Notes under the pieces: model-generated
The model's database searches: none
What the model was told of the DNA's origin: nothing
The model's input: the letters and a program-made list of their open reading frames with translations, nothing else
Shown here: one piece after another, positions 1-12,321 of the stretch
Numbering within the stretch: position 1 is the first letter of the stretch
Layout: each line of letters starts with the position of its first letter
Assembly (NCBI GenBank): GCA_003971905.1
Contig: RSEE01000003.1
Coordinates: 372,001 to 436,000, forward strand
DNA from: Moniliella sp. 'wahieum'
Taxonomy: Eukaryota
Direction: 5' to 3'
Length of the DNA: 64,000 bases
Program-made: the position numbers and the translations under genes

Positions 1-1790
1 ACGGATAAAGTCCATGCAATTGGCCGCGTCCGCCGCAGCTTCAATCTCGGCCATGCTTGCTCCTGGACGCGAGTACGCAATATTCTCAGCGATTGTGCCC
101 TCGAACATGACCTATACGTAAAAGTCAGTATACGACAGAGTCTGAATCAAGAAGAGCGCAGAGAACACATACCGGGTCTTGCCCCACCACACCAAAGAGG
201 TTGCGCAGCTCGTCCAACTGATACTCCTTCACGTCGTGACCTGCAACCCTGACCTGCCCCGCGTCTGGATCGTACAGGCGGAGCACAAGGGAATGCACCG
301 AACTCTTCCCTACCCCCATGACCCACAGAGAGCAACGTTGGTGCCCGGCTTGATGGTCAAGTTAAAGTCTTGTAGAATGGGCCGCTCCGGACGACTAGGG
401 TAACTGAAATCGACGTTGCAAAATTCGATTGTTGGATTGGAAGCGTCGGGTGGCTCGAGACGCTTTCCGGACTGAATGTGTGGCTCGCGTTCCATCAAGG
501 CAAACACACGAGCCCCTGCGCCCATACCCTTCATAATACTGGCAAAGAACCCCGTTAGGTTGGCCAGGCCACCGCCGAGATAGGCAGTATACATCATCAG
601 CGACGTGAGATCACCCGTGGTGAGGATCCCCTTGGAGACCAGTGTACCGCCGTAGGCAAAAAGTGAGGATGGCACAGTTGCCGATAAAGCCCATGCCAGC
701 GTAAAAGTAACCTGTTGCCTTGGCCTCCGTCACTTGGACCTGAGAAATAGCCTTGATTTCACCGAGCAAACGCTTGGCCTCCATTCCCTGTGCATTGTAG
801 GCAGTGATGGTACGGAACGCGTGCGGTGCCAGCCGCTCTTGGGCCACATCTGTCATTTTCCCCACAGCGTCTTGGGTCTTGTGGGTCAGACCACGAATGT
901 ACCTGCCGTACCATACAGCACCGACAGCCGTGGGAGGGATAATGCCCAGCATGAGGTAGGTCAAGTCGGTTGAAATCCACAGCATTGCCGTGCCCGCCGC
1001 AACAACCGTGACGGCCGCTCGCAACCCATCGCCAACATCCGAAGTGAGACTGTCGCCGACGATGGTCGTGTCAACACTCAGCCGGCTCACTACATCGCCT
1101 GCGTGCTTGTCAGCCCACTCGACGTCCTGGCGCAGTGCCGAGGAAAAGCTGCGCTGACGCAAGTTTTGGATCAACCGGATGGCTGACATGTCAAGTAAAA
1201 TGTTGCTCCCAGCTTGGTCCGCTGCCCCAATCGCAAAAACCAAGACGAGCACCGGAGCCACTTGATTGAAGGTAAGCCCCCAAAAGGCATGCGTGTCGTC
1301 GGTACCAAACAAGTCAATCAAGCGACCAATGACTGCTGGGATGGTGAGAGTAACACCCGAGGAAATGAGCAACAAGGCGAGGGCCAGAATGATGGTCTTT
1401 TTTGGGTTGCCGCAAGTGCCCACAATTTCTTGAGGCTAGGGTATGGTTCTCCCTCTTTCGCAGGGGGACGAATCTGCGCAAGCACTTGCTGGACCAGGCT
1501 CAGCCGAGGACGGGCCGTCCTGTCGGGTTCGGGCTTGGGCGGGGCGTTGGAGAAGATGAGGAGAAGAAGAAGATGGGACAGAGGAAGCAAACCGGACAAG
1601 GGAGGGTGTGGGTAACGAAGACAGGGCGTTGCGCCGGAAAGGCAAGCTCGTTGGTGCCACCACAGCCGAGGGTGTGGGAGGGTGGGTGGAGCCGCCGACC
1701 CAAGTTGGAGGTGGCAAATTGCCGCGAATGGCAGGGCGTGCACAGCCGAGCAATGCGGGTCGAATGGGCAGGAAAAGAAGGAACGCGCAT
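1..1790 (-). CDS. Mitochondrial ABCB half-transporter (MDL1/MDL2/ABCB10-like); 3' end runs off the window
   Basis: TM domain ([18 protein letters not shown]...LRAAV), [19 protein letters not shown], Walker A region GVGKSS...LRLYDP, Q-loop VVGQDP; intron at about 113-171, then [13 protein letters not shown]. Start codon uncertain; frameshifted. Confidence 0.9.
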
Positions 1791-2163
1791 GCTGAGCCTG
1801 GTAACAGACCACGTCTCAAGCACGTTGAGCGTGGAGAAAGCGCAGCGAGAGGGGGAGGTACAGTGACAACGGCAACAACAATGGCAACCGCGACGGCAAC
1901 GGCGCCCGGAGTTGTGGTTGTGACGCCGAAAATCTTGGGGGCGTGTCACTTTTTGAAGCCCTTCTTCCATCAATAACTCCATGGCTACTGCCATCCCAGC
2001 CGGCCGCGCCCTCGGAGTAGCAGCCCACGTGTCCAACATTTCATTTCAAATGAGTTGCACCGATCGGCCGATTCAGCCCATCTGATCCTCAAGCTTCAAG
2101 AAGCTTTATTATTATCGACCAACAGCTTCATCCGGTTGCTCGATCTCTAGGTTGTGTGCATTC

Positions 2164-2247
2164 CATTGACAGAGCTTAAGGCTGGGACAGGGGAACGCTA
2201 CGTCTAAACCGAACCGTTCATCTTGCGGGGGTTGTTTGGAAGCGCCA
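2164..2247 (-). mobile_element. 3'-terminal fragment (copy A) of the RLE element family
   Basis: Near-identical to 57777-57860 (CATTGACAGAGCTTAAGGCTGGGACAGGGGAACGCTACGTCTAAACCGAACCGTTCATCTTGCGGGG). Confidence 0.8.
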
Positions 2248-2727
2248 TCGATCTCTTTAAAAGGTCGTATGCAAAGCCCTGGCAGAACAAAACCAGTCAC
2301 GGTACAACAGCAGCAAGCAGCTTCAAGGAGGAAAATGAGGCAAATGAGTGGCCGTTCAAGGTGAACGCTGAATCGAACCAGCACCGACCGAACTCTGCAA
2401 TACTCACACAGGAGGGCACCAGTCGCACAACGATATGTAAAACGCTGTGTATAAAAAGCCCATTGCCCACCCGCCACGGGGAGGATCTGGTGGGGTGTGC
2501 CGATGACATTGGCAATAGGTTCCCTCCACAGCGCAACATTGTAGTAGATGGGGTGGGGGAAGACCAGATGGGACGGAAATGGGAAGAGCAGAGAAAAGCG
2601 GATGCAGAGCAATGGGCAGAGAAGGGCATGACATGAAAGGGGTTGTTGCAAGGCAAGGGAAGAAACACCCCCTCCAAGCAGAAGAGGGTAGGAGAGGGGA
2701 GCTAGTAGGGCAGGGAAGGCAAGACTC

Positions 2728-5535
2728 TTACCCTTCGCTTCGCGCCGGGGCCGAAACAGGACCTGCTTCATCCCCAATATGAAGCGTGGCTACTTCCTCC
2801 CGGGCGCTGCGGGAACTCTCGAGAGCTTGGTTAAAGAACTGCCGAGCCTTGTGCGCTTGGGCGATCTGGTGTTCTGCAGCCGCTACCTGCGACGCCTTTT
2901 CACTGATCGCAGCGCGGAACGTCTCTTGCAAGTCCCAGCTGGCGAGACGCATCACCTTACGCACCTCGCGAGAAATACGCTCGGTGCATGGCCGTAAAGC
3001 CTGCATCCTCCACCTCGGCTGAACGAGGGCCCAGAGCAACAACCTCAGCGCTCGATGGCGATCTCGCTGCAGCAGCCGCCAACAAGGCCCGTCCCACGTT
3101 GCGCGGAATCGAGTTAGGCAATCAAAGATCACATATGTCACGGGCCAGCCAAAGCCAGGGCAAAGACGGACCAATAGCATTACGCACGCTGCGGTTGCCG
3201 ATTACTTCTGCAGTCACGCAGCCCCTCAATCACTGCAGTAGACCCGAATGCCTTGCTCCCCACCAGCGTCAACGCGCCAAGGCCAAGGGTAAAGCTGCCG
3301 ACAAGATGGTTCTCCAGTTCTGTCAGCCAGCCTGTTGTCGGGCCGTGATGGGCGTCGATCGGCTTGATTGATTTTTGACTCAGACCATTGAGGGGGGACA
3401 GCAAGCCTGACACGAGGAATGGCACATCCAGCAGATCTGTAGCGGGTGAAATGAGTGCAGTTTTGGGCAGGCCGAGCCAGGCCAAGTGGTTAGCCATGCT
3501 CGTCCGTGACTCGCGGCGCGCATGCGAACGCTTGGACGAAAACATGGCATCAGGCAGAAACACTCGATTCGAGTGGCCCACGCCAGCTGGCAGATGAGCC
3601 TCACCCAGATGCTTGACCAGGGTCACGGCTTCGCTGGTAATCTGGCGAGATTGGTGCTCCGCCTCCCGCACAGCTGCTTCCAATGAGCCAACCATCGCCT
3701 GCCTTACCTCCTCTGCGTAGCGCCACGCCTCGAGCAAACCAGGATAAGCTGGTAACAATACAGCTGGGTGAGCGCTGTGCCCTGCTCGCACGCACGCTAG
3801 GGCACCGGAAAGCTGATCTGCGATCACCGTCTGCGCGGAAGATACCGTTTTGTCCTCTGCTCATCCAATTTGACTGTCAATTGGTCCGCTCGCCGACGAC
3901 AATCTTGCAGAGCTTGGCCAGAGCGAGAGCGGAGGTAGCTGCCGCTTCTTCATCCTGAGCCAACGAAGAGTTGGTCTGAGCCAAGAGGATCACATCGGCC
4001 AAGAGTCGTAGCACATACACCTGTGCAGGAAGCAGTTTGGATTTGGACCGCTTGAGAAGCACAAATTTGCGCAATGACTGTTCCAGACGTGTAAACGCTA
4101 CTTGCCGAGCGCTCGCCTTGCCAGGAAAGATGACAGTCGCGTCAGCCAGGTCAGCATCCCTGGTTGGAAACACATCTTCCGAGTCTACAAAGTGCACCAA
4201 TTCTTCGGCGTCGCTGTAAGTACGTGGACTAAGTTGCTTAATCTGTTCCAGCACAAGACGCTTGCACTTGTCCTTATTCTTGATCTGGTCAAACTTGTTG
4301 ACGACGACGAAGATGTACGCTTTCTCGTTGGACGCATTCCACAAAAATTCCTTGGCCGAGAGGGTGTAAAGTTTCCGCCGAGACGACGAAAACAATGATG
4401 TCGATCTCATCCTGACGGGCAAAGAGAGCTGTAGTCTTGAGCGAATCACGGTTCAGACCAGGAGCGTCGATGAGAGAAATGTCCACTACCCCATTGCGCA
4501 GGAGACTTTCTTGCGTCCCGCGTTGATCAGTGCAGTAGCACTTGAGCAATGGTAATGTCTGGCTCTCTTCCAGCAAGGACATAAGCTCCTCAGCCTGCTC
4601 CAGTGAATAGCGCACGTAGCTGTCATCGTCCTCTGGGCGATAAATCTTGCCTGGTCGCGGCATATGAATCTCCTCCTTGCCCGCGTTGAATTCGAGAGCG
4701 TCCAGCACTTCGCAAAATGCAGTGGTGCACGGCTGCTGATCGGTCGGCATGATTTCGCGACGCAGTAGACTGTTTACGAACGTGCTTTTTCCCGCATTCA
4801 AATCGCCCGTGATTAGCACCTTGGACTGACGGTCGCTGATCCGCAAATGCAACGCTTCCAAATGTTGAACGGTCTGGGCCATCTTTCCATCTAAGAGTTG
4901 GGCCACGGACGACTTTTCCAGCGACTGCAACACCGACTCGCGCACTCGCGGCACATTGAAGCCGGTCGAAAGGGTCGAGCCGGCCCAACTTGCAGATCAA
5001 GGCGAAGGATGCTCAGCCCGTCCTGTTCCTTGGTGGGAAACAAGTCAAGTGTGGCCGAAGAAGCAGAAGCACGGGGACGCATCACAATATTTTCCGTTCC
5101 TGGGAGCCTAGAATGTGTCGGGCCAAACTCAGGTTGGGTAGTCCCAGCCGTGTCCAATGAAGTCGACCGCATCGGCGTGACAATAACAGAGGGCGATGGT
5201 GCATTCATCTCAGGGTACTGTAGAATCCGGCCATTGTTAAAGAGTTGGAGGTTGTTGACTATCTCGCGCGTTTTCGTAACCCATCGAGCAGACTGGGATT
5301 CATAGTGAGAGGACAAGGTTAGTGATCTCGATGGACTAAGGACTAGGGCCAAACTCCCCGGGGGAGCGACACACCGTTCGCGATTAAATCCATACTGGGC
5401 GTCAAACGGAGTGCTGTCAGCAGCGTCCGACTCGCAAGGCGAGTCGGAGCTGAGCTGGACGCTGGCAAGCTCCGCCAACGAACCCGACGAGCGAGCCAGA
5501 CTAGTGAGGGTTGGGGGTGCGTCCTGCCGCGCCAT
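2728..5535 (-). CDS. FZO1: Mitofusin, dynamin-like GTPase
   Basis: SKVLITGDLNAGKSTFVNSLL, PTDQQPCTTAFCEV, DISLIDAPGLNRDSLKTTALFARQDEID, VVNKFD, KRSKSKLLPA, C-terminal TM segments and coiled coil; split by frameshifts. Confidence 0.93.
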
Positions 5536-6467
5536 GCTGCGCTGCGCACCTTCGGGTGACGATAATGCGGACACAAAGAAGGCGGGGATGGTGTGGTGTG
5601 CCAACAGCAGGGGGGGGGGGAGCTGCACGCGCGGGCGTCGTCTGGGGGATGGGTGGAGGCAGGCCAGGCGTGTGGGCGCAGGGGGGAGCTTGGCGCCGGC
5701 GGGGTGGCGAGGCGGACTTGCTGACTGTCGGGAGCGCTGGGGGCGCAGTGAGCTTGACGTGTGACGCTGCTATAGGCGAAACGCTACCCAGTACCAACTA
5801 GAAAGCGTCTATGCGCTGGTTGGTGTGGATGTGATGCATGTGATGTGCGCACGGCCCTGCGCCTTGCAGCCACTAGCAACAAGCAACGTACAACAGTGCT
5901 GGCCCTGTGCAGGGCCGCAGCGTGGGGCGCATCAGCGAGATCAGGTCACATGACCCATTCCAATTTCATTCCAACCTCCAACCCTGCTGGTGGATTGCGT
6001 AATAGCGGCGCAAGCGTCGGGCAGCCATGTACCAGCATCGTGGATGGAAACCTCCAAATTTGGTGGCTGTACTGTAATAGCCACTGCCGAAGCAACCTCA
6101 GCAGTGCCTCGCCACGAAGGTTGAGCAGGCCATGGTGCTTGAAACAACGAGCGCATGGCTCCTCCTCGTTGGTACACGTTAGGTGCACCGTCTCTTCGCT
6201 CCTTCGATGCGAAATCATCGCAGGAAAACAATGACTTTTTGAGGGACATATGCATAGTAGTATGAGGGCCCGGGCAAAGGGAACCAGAGGATACATTGGG
6301 TCCAGACGTAGCCGGGGTCGTATCATACAAGCAGCGCGCCAGCGACGAGGAAGGAGAGGAAGGAGGCGATGACCGAATGCAGGAGAAGAAAATGAGAGCA
6401 TCCACGAGTATGCAGTGGGGGAAGGGGGAGGGGGGCAGCGACTGGCAAAGAGCACCTGGCTCCTGAA

Positions 6468-7269
6468 TCAGAAAATTTGGCACTGTCGTTTCCGGCGTCG
6501 AGGTTGGGGCACTGCAGGCCCAGCGCGCAGAAGTTGATATAGCTGTTGTTTGTCTGTCGAAGGCGTAGCCACATTCCCTTTGGGACTGAAGGCTGCTGAA
6601 TCAGTGGCAACAGGCTCGCCGTAACCCATAGCATGAACCAAGGCCGTGTCGAACACCTCGCGTACTCCACTGTTGAGACGTGCACTGCACTCGACGTAAG
6701 CGGCAGCTCCAATGTCAACGCAACCTGTCTCCCTTGGGAAGGACTGACAGGGGTGGTTCCCTGAGCTTTGAGCATTGCTAGAGCATGTGGGTCCGTCCGC
6801 AGATCTGTCTTGAGACCGACCAGAATGATTGGCACGTGCTCAAGGAAGTGATTGATCTCCGGGTACCACTGTTGCAAAGTCGTCAGTCGTGGGGTCGGAA
6901 AAGAGATGATGCATGAGAAAGTTGAGAGCAAAAAGACGTACCTGTCTTGAACATTCATCAAACTTGTGGGAAAGTCAACGGCAAAGCAGATGAGGATCAC
7001 GTTCGACTCTGGATACGACAGGGGCCGAAGCCGGTCGACTCCTCTTGCCCGGCCGTGTCCCAGAGCGCAAGCTCAACAGGGTGACCTTGAAGCGACCTGA
7101 GCCAGAGTAATTGTCGAAGATGGTGGGCGTGTAGTCCTCGGGGAAACGGTTTCAGAGTAGACGATCAACAAGCTCGTTTTGCCGCACCGCCATCGCCAAC
7201 GACGACGAGCTTACGTTTGGGAATAGACTGATCCGGGGGGGCAGGGTCGTTGAGGTATGTTGAGGCCAT
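6468..7269 (-). CDS. Rho-family small GTPase (Rho4-like)
   Basis: RKLVVVGDGG, LALWDTAGQE, RLRPLSYP, ILICFAVD, one intron (about 6873-6941), WYPEINHF, VGLKTDLR, polybasic tail with CAAX (RRRKRQCQIF). Confidence 0.9.
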
Positions 7270-7623
7270 GGCAAAGGCGTACTTGGGGGAGAGGCTAATC
7301 AGTAACGAGGAGCGGAGGAGTGGTAGCAGGCAAGAGGTGTAGGGAAAACGGAGCCTCTTCAAGCTTCGAGCGTCAAGACTGGACAGGGTCAAGATGTGCT
7401 GTGCGCTCCGCTGCCTCGGGAGTGTCGAACATGTTAGTTGGTGCAAGCATCCATCGATTCACGCTGTCAGGTACACTGCCCTAGTGGGGAAACACGATGG
7501 GTGACGACGCGTCGCCAATTGCCCCCTCCGGCAAGATTGACAAACAGAGGCATCAGACCCCTCTTAGTTGACAGCAGCGCCGTGCCTGACCACACAACTT
7601 GAGTTGTGGGATTTGGCTAGGCC

Positions 7624-7790
7624 TCAATGTTCAATGTTCAATGTTCAATGTTCAATGTTCGTGTTCAATGTTCAATTGAGCCAGAGCGAGAGCCGTGTGA
7701 CATGTGATGCTCCACAACCAAAAGGAGTTGTCATTCTTATTTGCTCTCTCTCCTCCTCTCAGGCCTCAGGCCCTCAGGGCCTCAGGCCAC
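7624..7790. repeat. Heptamer arrays (TCAATGT)n and (TCAGGCC)n
   Basis: TCA at 7624, 7631, 7638, 7645, 7652; TCAGGCC-like units at 7759-7788. Confidence 0.85.
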
Positions 7791-8699
7791 AATATCTTCA
7801 ATTGAACATTGAACAACTTTTCATCTTCGAAAACGAAGCGGGCAGGCGGTGAAAGACCCGCACGTTCACGGAATCCATTGCAGCACACAAAATCCATTCG
7901 AACTCATCGTTCTGAGGGACCATCAATCAAACCACAGACGATGAAGAGAGAGTGGGTAGAGAACATCGATGAAACTAGTGGGGTCTTGTTCACCGTTCCA
8001 TGCACCATGTCCCTCCCTTGTGCCGCCGTTCCACTGACCCCTTTTTCCCATCGTCAACGCTGTCCACCGTTCCATAATCCACAGAGGCCTCCACTCCGGT
8101 CATATTCACCGTGGCAGAGTACACCGTTCTGTAACCAGTAACAGGGAAGCATGGCTCGCGTTAGAAACCCAGAGAGTGACATAGAGGGGACCGGGGTGGA
8201 CGACTGTCCCCTGTCTCTTTTGGCCCCTTCCCCGCCTGTGGGTGTTCCTTGGTGGCTGCACCCTTCAGCGGCTGTCCTTTGATCCGGCTGGGCAATCGGA
8301 GCCACTGTTCCGTCGTCGCCGCCTTTGGCCACAGGGAAATCAACCACCATTGATCGGAAGCCGCCCACATCGCTGACACGGTTCCGATCTGTTCCGGGCG
8401 GCTATCGTCGCTACCGGTGAATCGTTCCACCCTCCTGTTGATTCTCCGTCCATGAAGCGTCCACTTGGCGAAGCGAGCCGAAGGCGTAGGGAAAAGAACA
8501 CGTGTGTGGCAGAGTCTGGTGGAAAGCAACAAGAGAACACGGTCAACATTCTCTAATCCAAAACCCATATAATAAGGGGGGGATCTAAATGACGGATCTG
8601 CCTTGTGTGATGTTTTGACTGCCGACACGGCCTTGGAGGAAACCTAGGAGGACATCTATGAGACTGAGACATATCCTCTACTGATCACACACACAGAGG

Positions 8700-9100
8700 C
8701 GGGAAGCGAGAGACAGCGACGTTTGCGTCGCATACACATTGCCTGGATCCTCTTGCACTTTTGAGGCCAAGATGTATACAGGTCAAGATTCCCAACACGG
8801 GACGTTGTGACCCTAATGCCGGGGGATGACTCCACACTGGTGTAGTGGCTCCAGTTGACCAAGCATGGAACCTTCCGGTTCATATTCCTTCCAATATCCC
8901 TTCCAAGATGTAAGACCGGAGGAACCCAAGGGGTTGGGTGAAGAACCTCTGGAAGTGTAGAGCAATCCAATCGCGATGGTGGTGGTTCCGGTCTAAGCCT
9001 TGTGCCACACCTAGAGACAGGGGTTCAAACAAGCCTGAGTATATATACACGTGGAGGCTTCGGAGGACAAATCAGGGGTGAAGGGTGATGAGGCCCCTTG
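8700..9100 (-). mobile_element. Possible decayed Ty3/Gypsy integrase C-terminus and chromodomain
   Basis: PEPPP followed by CLVNWSHYTSVESS resembles the chromodomain pattern YLVKWxGYxxxESSW; weak similarity only. Confidence 0.25.
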
Positions 9101-9832
9101 GCCTAAGTACGGGACCACGGGTCCCAACACAAGAGTGCAGGAATATTCCCTAGTCTCTGTAGCTCATATACAATTCTATACACCATCAACTGCCGGCTCT
9201 CTTGTCTTCTACAAGGGGGGTAAAATTACAAGCGCTGACCAAATAAAGGGTTGGGACGGTGGCGAGAATGTGTGGGACTGGAAGACAGAGAGTAGCTACT
9301 AGTACTAGCTATATATACTAGTGAGAGGCTTGAAGCTTGAAGAGATATCACATACATGATCATCACATGCATGTACGGGTGTATACAGCCAGGCTAGCGT
9401 ATCTGACAGGCTTAGTAGCTGTGGTGTATGCCACGCACAGTAAAATGTTAGAAATCCACCCCGTATGTGTGTGTGAAAACCCCGCGAATCACGTTAATCA
9501 CGCAGTACAGCAATGGGGCGGTTCTTTTGTCGTCCTCTACTCCCGCTGTGGGGCCTACGGTACAATGCCGCATGTGTTGACCTTGGTCATTTATGGCCAG
9601 GTCACTTCCGAGTGGCATCATGTGTGATCGCGTGTGATGTTTTCTGACGTGGCGTTTCCGACTCCATGATGACTTGGATTCGCCACCGTAGCAATTTGAT
9701 CTCCATCGACCACCATTCCATTTGCTGCTCTTTGAGCTCTTCCTGGGCGTTAATAGAGTTACAATCTGAAGCTTTTCCTTCTGAGTAACTTTTCTCCTCC
9801 ATTTTATCTCTGCGCCCGTTTACCACTCTCCA

Positions 9833-9892
9833 CCCTCCCGCTTCCGACCCCTTAACCCTCCCGCTTCCGACCCTACTCCCGCTTCCGACCCC
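9833..9892 (+). repeat. Three tandem copies of CTCCCGCTTCCGACCC
   Basis: Read directly from the sequence, with short variable linkers. Confidence 0.8.
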
Positions 9893-10306
9893 TACAACTC
9901 AAGCCCACCCGAACTACCCTATACTCTACCTTTTTCCCTCCCCAATGTCCGCCCCCTGGTATAACCACCTCCTTCCCACCCTCCCTGCGAACGATGAAGA
10001 GGCCCAGAATGTTGTCAATAGAGCCTCGGCCATCCTCAACAATCTCCAAATCATATCGCACTTATCCCTCTCAACAGAGCGATGCGCAGACCCACATCGG
10101 TGGGAGTATCGTCCCCTGCACCTGCTCTTAGCTCCGCAAATGGCATGGGTTGGAATACGTTGTTTCCTCGGGCATTCTGGCACAGATCCACCCTGTTTAG
10201 CCCCTCTGCTGTGGAACAAAAAATTAACATGTGGTGTATACAAACTTTGACCCGGGACAAGGGCAGTGTGCCCCACACGCAGATGAGAAGAAACGTCGTA
10301 TAGAAT

Positions 10307-10397
10307 TGAATATTGATCGCTGAGCGCTGATCGCTGATGCGGATGATGCATGATGCATGATGCATGATGCATGATGCATGATGCATGATGGCGCTGA
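10307..10397. repeat. TGA-N4 heptamer lattice ending in (TGATGCA)n
   Basis: TGA at 10307, 10314, 10321, 10328, 10335, then every 7 bp from 10344 to 10386. Confidence 0.9.
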
Positions 10398-10712
10398 TTG
10401 TCTCGACTGTAGCCGACAACCGACATGTGGAATGTTTGTGGCATGGCAACTACCCATTTGTGGGTTGATCAAGATCATACGAGACGCGCGCTGCTGTAGT
10501 TGTAGGCTGTTTGGTCAGGACACCCTGTAAGACACAAACTAACGCCACCATGTGGCTTCGTATATGTAAACAACACAGAGTCTTCACAACGTTCGTCGCA
10601 CATCATCCTTTTTACCCCCAACGGCGATCCGTCCTGAGACCTGGAGACCTGACATTCATCCACACCACCACTCCTCTCTTTTTTGCAGCCAACAACAGCA
10701 TTCCACTTGAAG

Positions 10713-12321
10713 ATGCGTTGGACGCTCTTTGCTTGCTCCCCTTCCTTTTGCCGGGAATGCGCTGGCATCTCATCCTCATCCCCGTGGAAGGCGATCGTCC
10801 GGCTTCCAAACCCACCCTTCCCCTTGGTCAGGTCAGTCCGCCTTGTCCGATTGCGGGGTGGAAGCATCGCTGCTACTCGACCAGAGTAGCCCCAACTTTA
10901 CCGCTTTGACCAGCAAATTTGCCAAAACACCAACTACACGCTACTGCCAATACTGTCGCCCTGCCCAACACAGCGCAAGACGTGTCGTCGCTGGTTCAGT
11001 GCATTGGTCAAAAGGGAATTCCATTTGCCATCCTCTCTGGGGGGCATAAGATGGACCTACCCAATGCCAAGGCGCCCCCCGGCCTGTGATCAACATGGAG
11101 AAGTTTTCTGGCATTCAGTACAATGCCTCGAGTCAGACGGTCACGTGTGGTGCTGGATTGCGCTGGGTGATGTCTACAATTACATGGAACAGGTATGCAC
11201 ATCTACTCTTCACTTTCCCTCACTGTGCTGGGCTCTTTTAATGGACAGGAAACTGACGAGACGGATTCGGGGGAGGTGCAGGCAACAAATGGGACGCGTA
11301 TGCCGGTGGGAGGACGTGCGTCGCACGTGGGCGTGTCAGGGTGCTTGCTCATGGGCTGTGTGATAGCTGGTCGAGCAGTGCCCACGGGTTTGGTTCGCAA
11401 AACATCGTTTCTATGGAGGTGGTATTGGCCAACGGGACGGCTACCACGGCCTCGGTGACGCAAAACACGGATCTGTTCAATGCGCTCCGTGGCTCGGCGG
11501 GTCAACTGGGTGTGGTCACGTCATTTGAGTTGCTCACCACCCTGTTTCGCCGGTCCCAATATGGTGGGTCGTGGGCTTATGCGGCAGAAAATACGACAGC
11601 GTTGGTTCAAAGCGGCCCAACACTTGCTTCAGAGTTTCCCAGTGGAGACTCAATGTGGTCATCACCTTTTTTGGGAACGGGCCAGGTGGGTGTGCAAGAG
11701 TGGTATAATGGCACCGAAGCCGAAGTCAACCAGACTGGTGTCTTTGCCGACTTTGACCGCCTTGCCCCATTCCACTCTGCCTGTTCTAAAGGCGCCCAAC
11801 GAAACAAACTATGCAGGGGTGAACGAACTGGACGACCCAGGTTTGTGTCGGGCCGAAGCATGATGGACGCCGTTCCGATTAATGCTTTGGATCCGGATAT
11901 GTTTGTGCGGACCCGAAGAGGCTGATGACCTGACGACAGCTCACCCCGAATTCAACTACACGTCCATCTACATGGAGCCGTGAAGCGGGTGTGGTGGCAA
12001 ACGTGCCGGTCCCAATGCAGCCTGGCCGCCCGACGAGGGACATGGCTGCCATCATCGGGATCAACCGTTGCCTGGACCGATGCCAAGTACGATGCCGCGG
12101 GAGCAGAGGCGACAACGAAGTTGCGCAGCAGCTGACACAAGATGCAAGCATCTGGGTTGCTTAACGATACGCAGACGGGCAATCCGTTGGCTACTTTACC
12201 AACTACGCCAAGTTTGACCAGGACATTACAACAGCATGTCTACACCTCCAAGCTTGACTGGCTCGAGGGCGTCAAGGCCGAGTATGATCCCGACTGTGTC
12301 TTCTACAAGCGCCGGCATTAG
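10713..12321 (+). CDS. FAD-linked oxidoreductase (berberine-bridge/FAD_binding_4 family), possibly secreted
   Basis: WGDVY, VGGRASHVGVSG, SSAHGFGSQNIVSMEVVLANG, DLFNALRGSAGQLGVVTSFEL, C-terminal VKAEYDPDCVF; hydrophobic N-terminus MRWTLFAC; introns and frameshifts. Confidence 0.8.

Noticed and set aside
9151..9170. 15-bp match (TGAGCTACAGAGACT) to about 59677
   Set aside because: A few matches of this length are expected by chance in 64 kb and the match does not extend.
9833..9920. Interstitial telomere
   Set aside because: Only isolated TAACCC/CCCTA pieces within a different 16-bp repeat; no (TTAGGG)n array.
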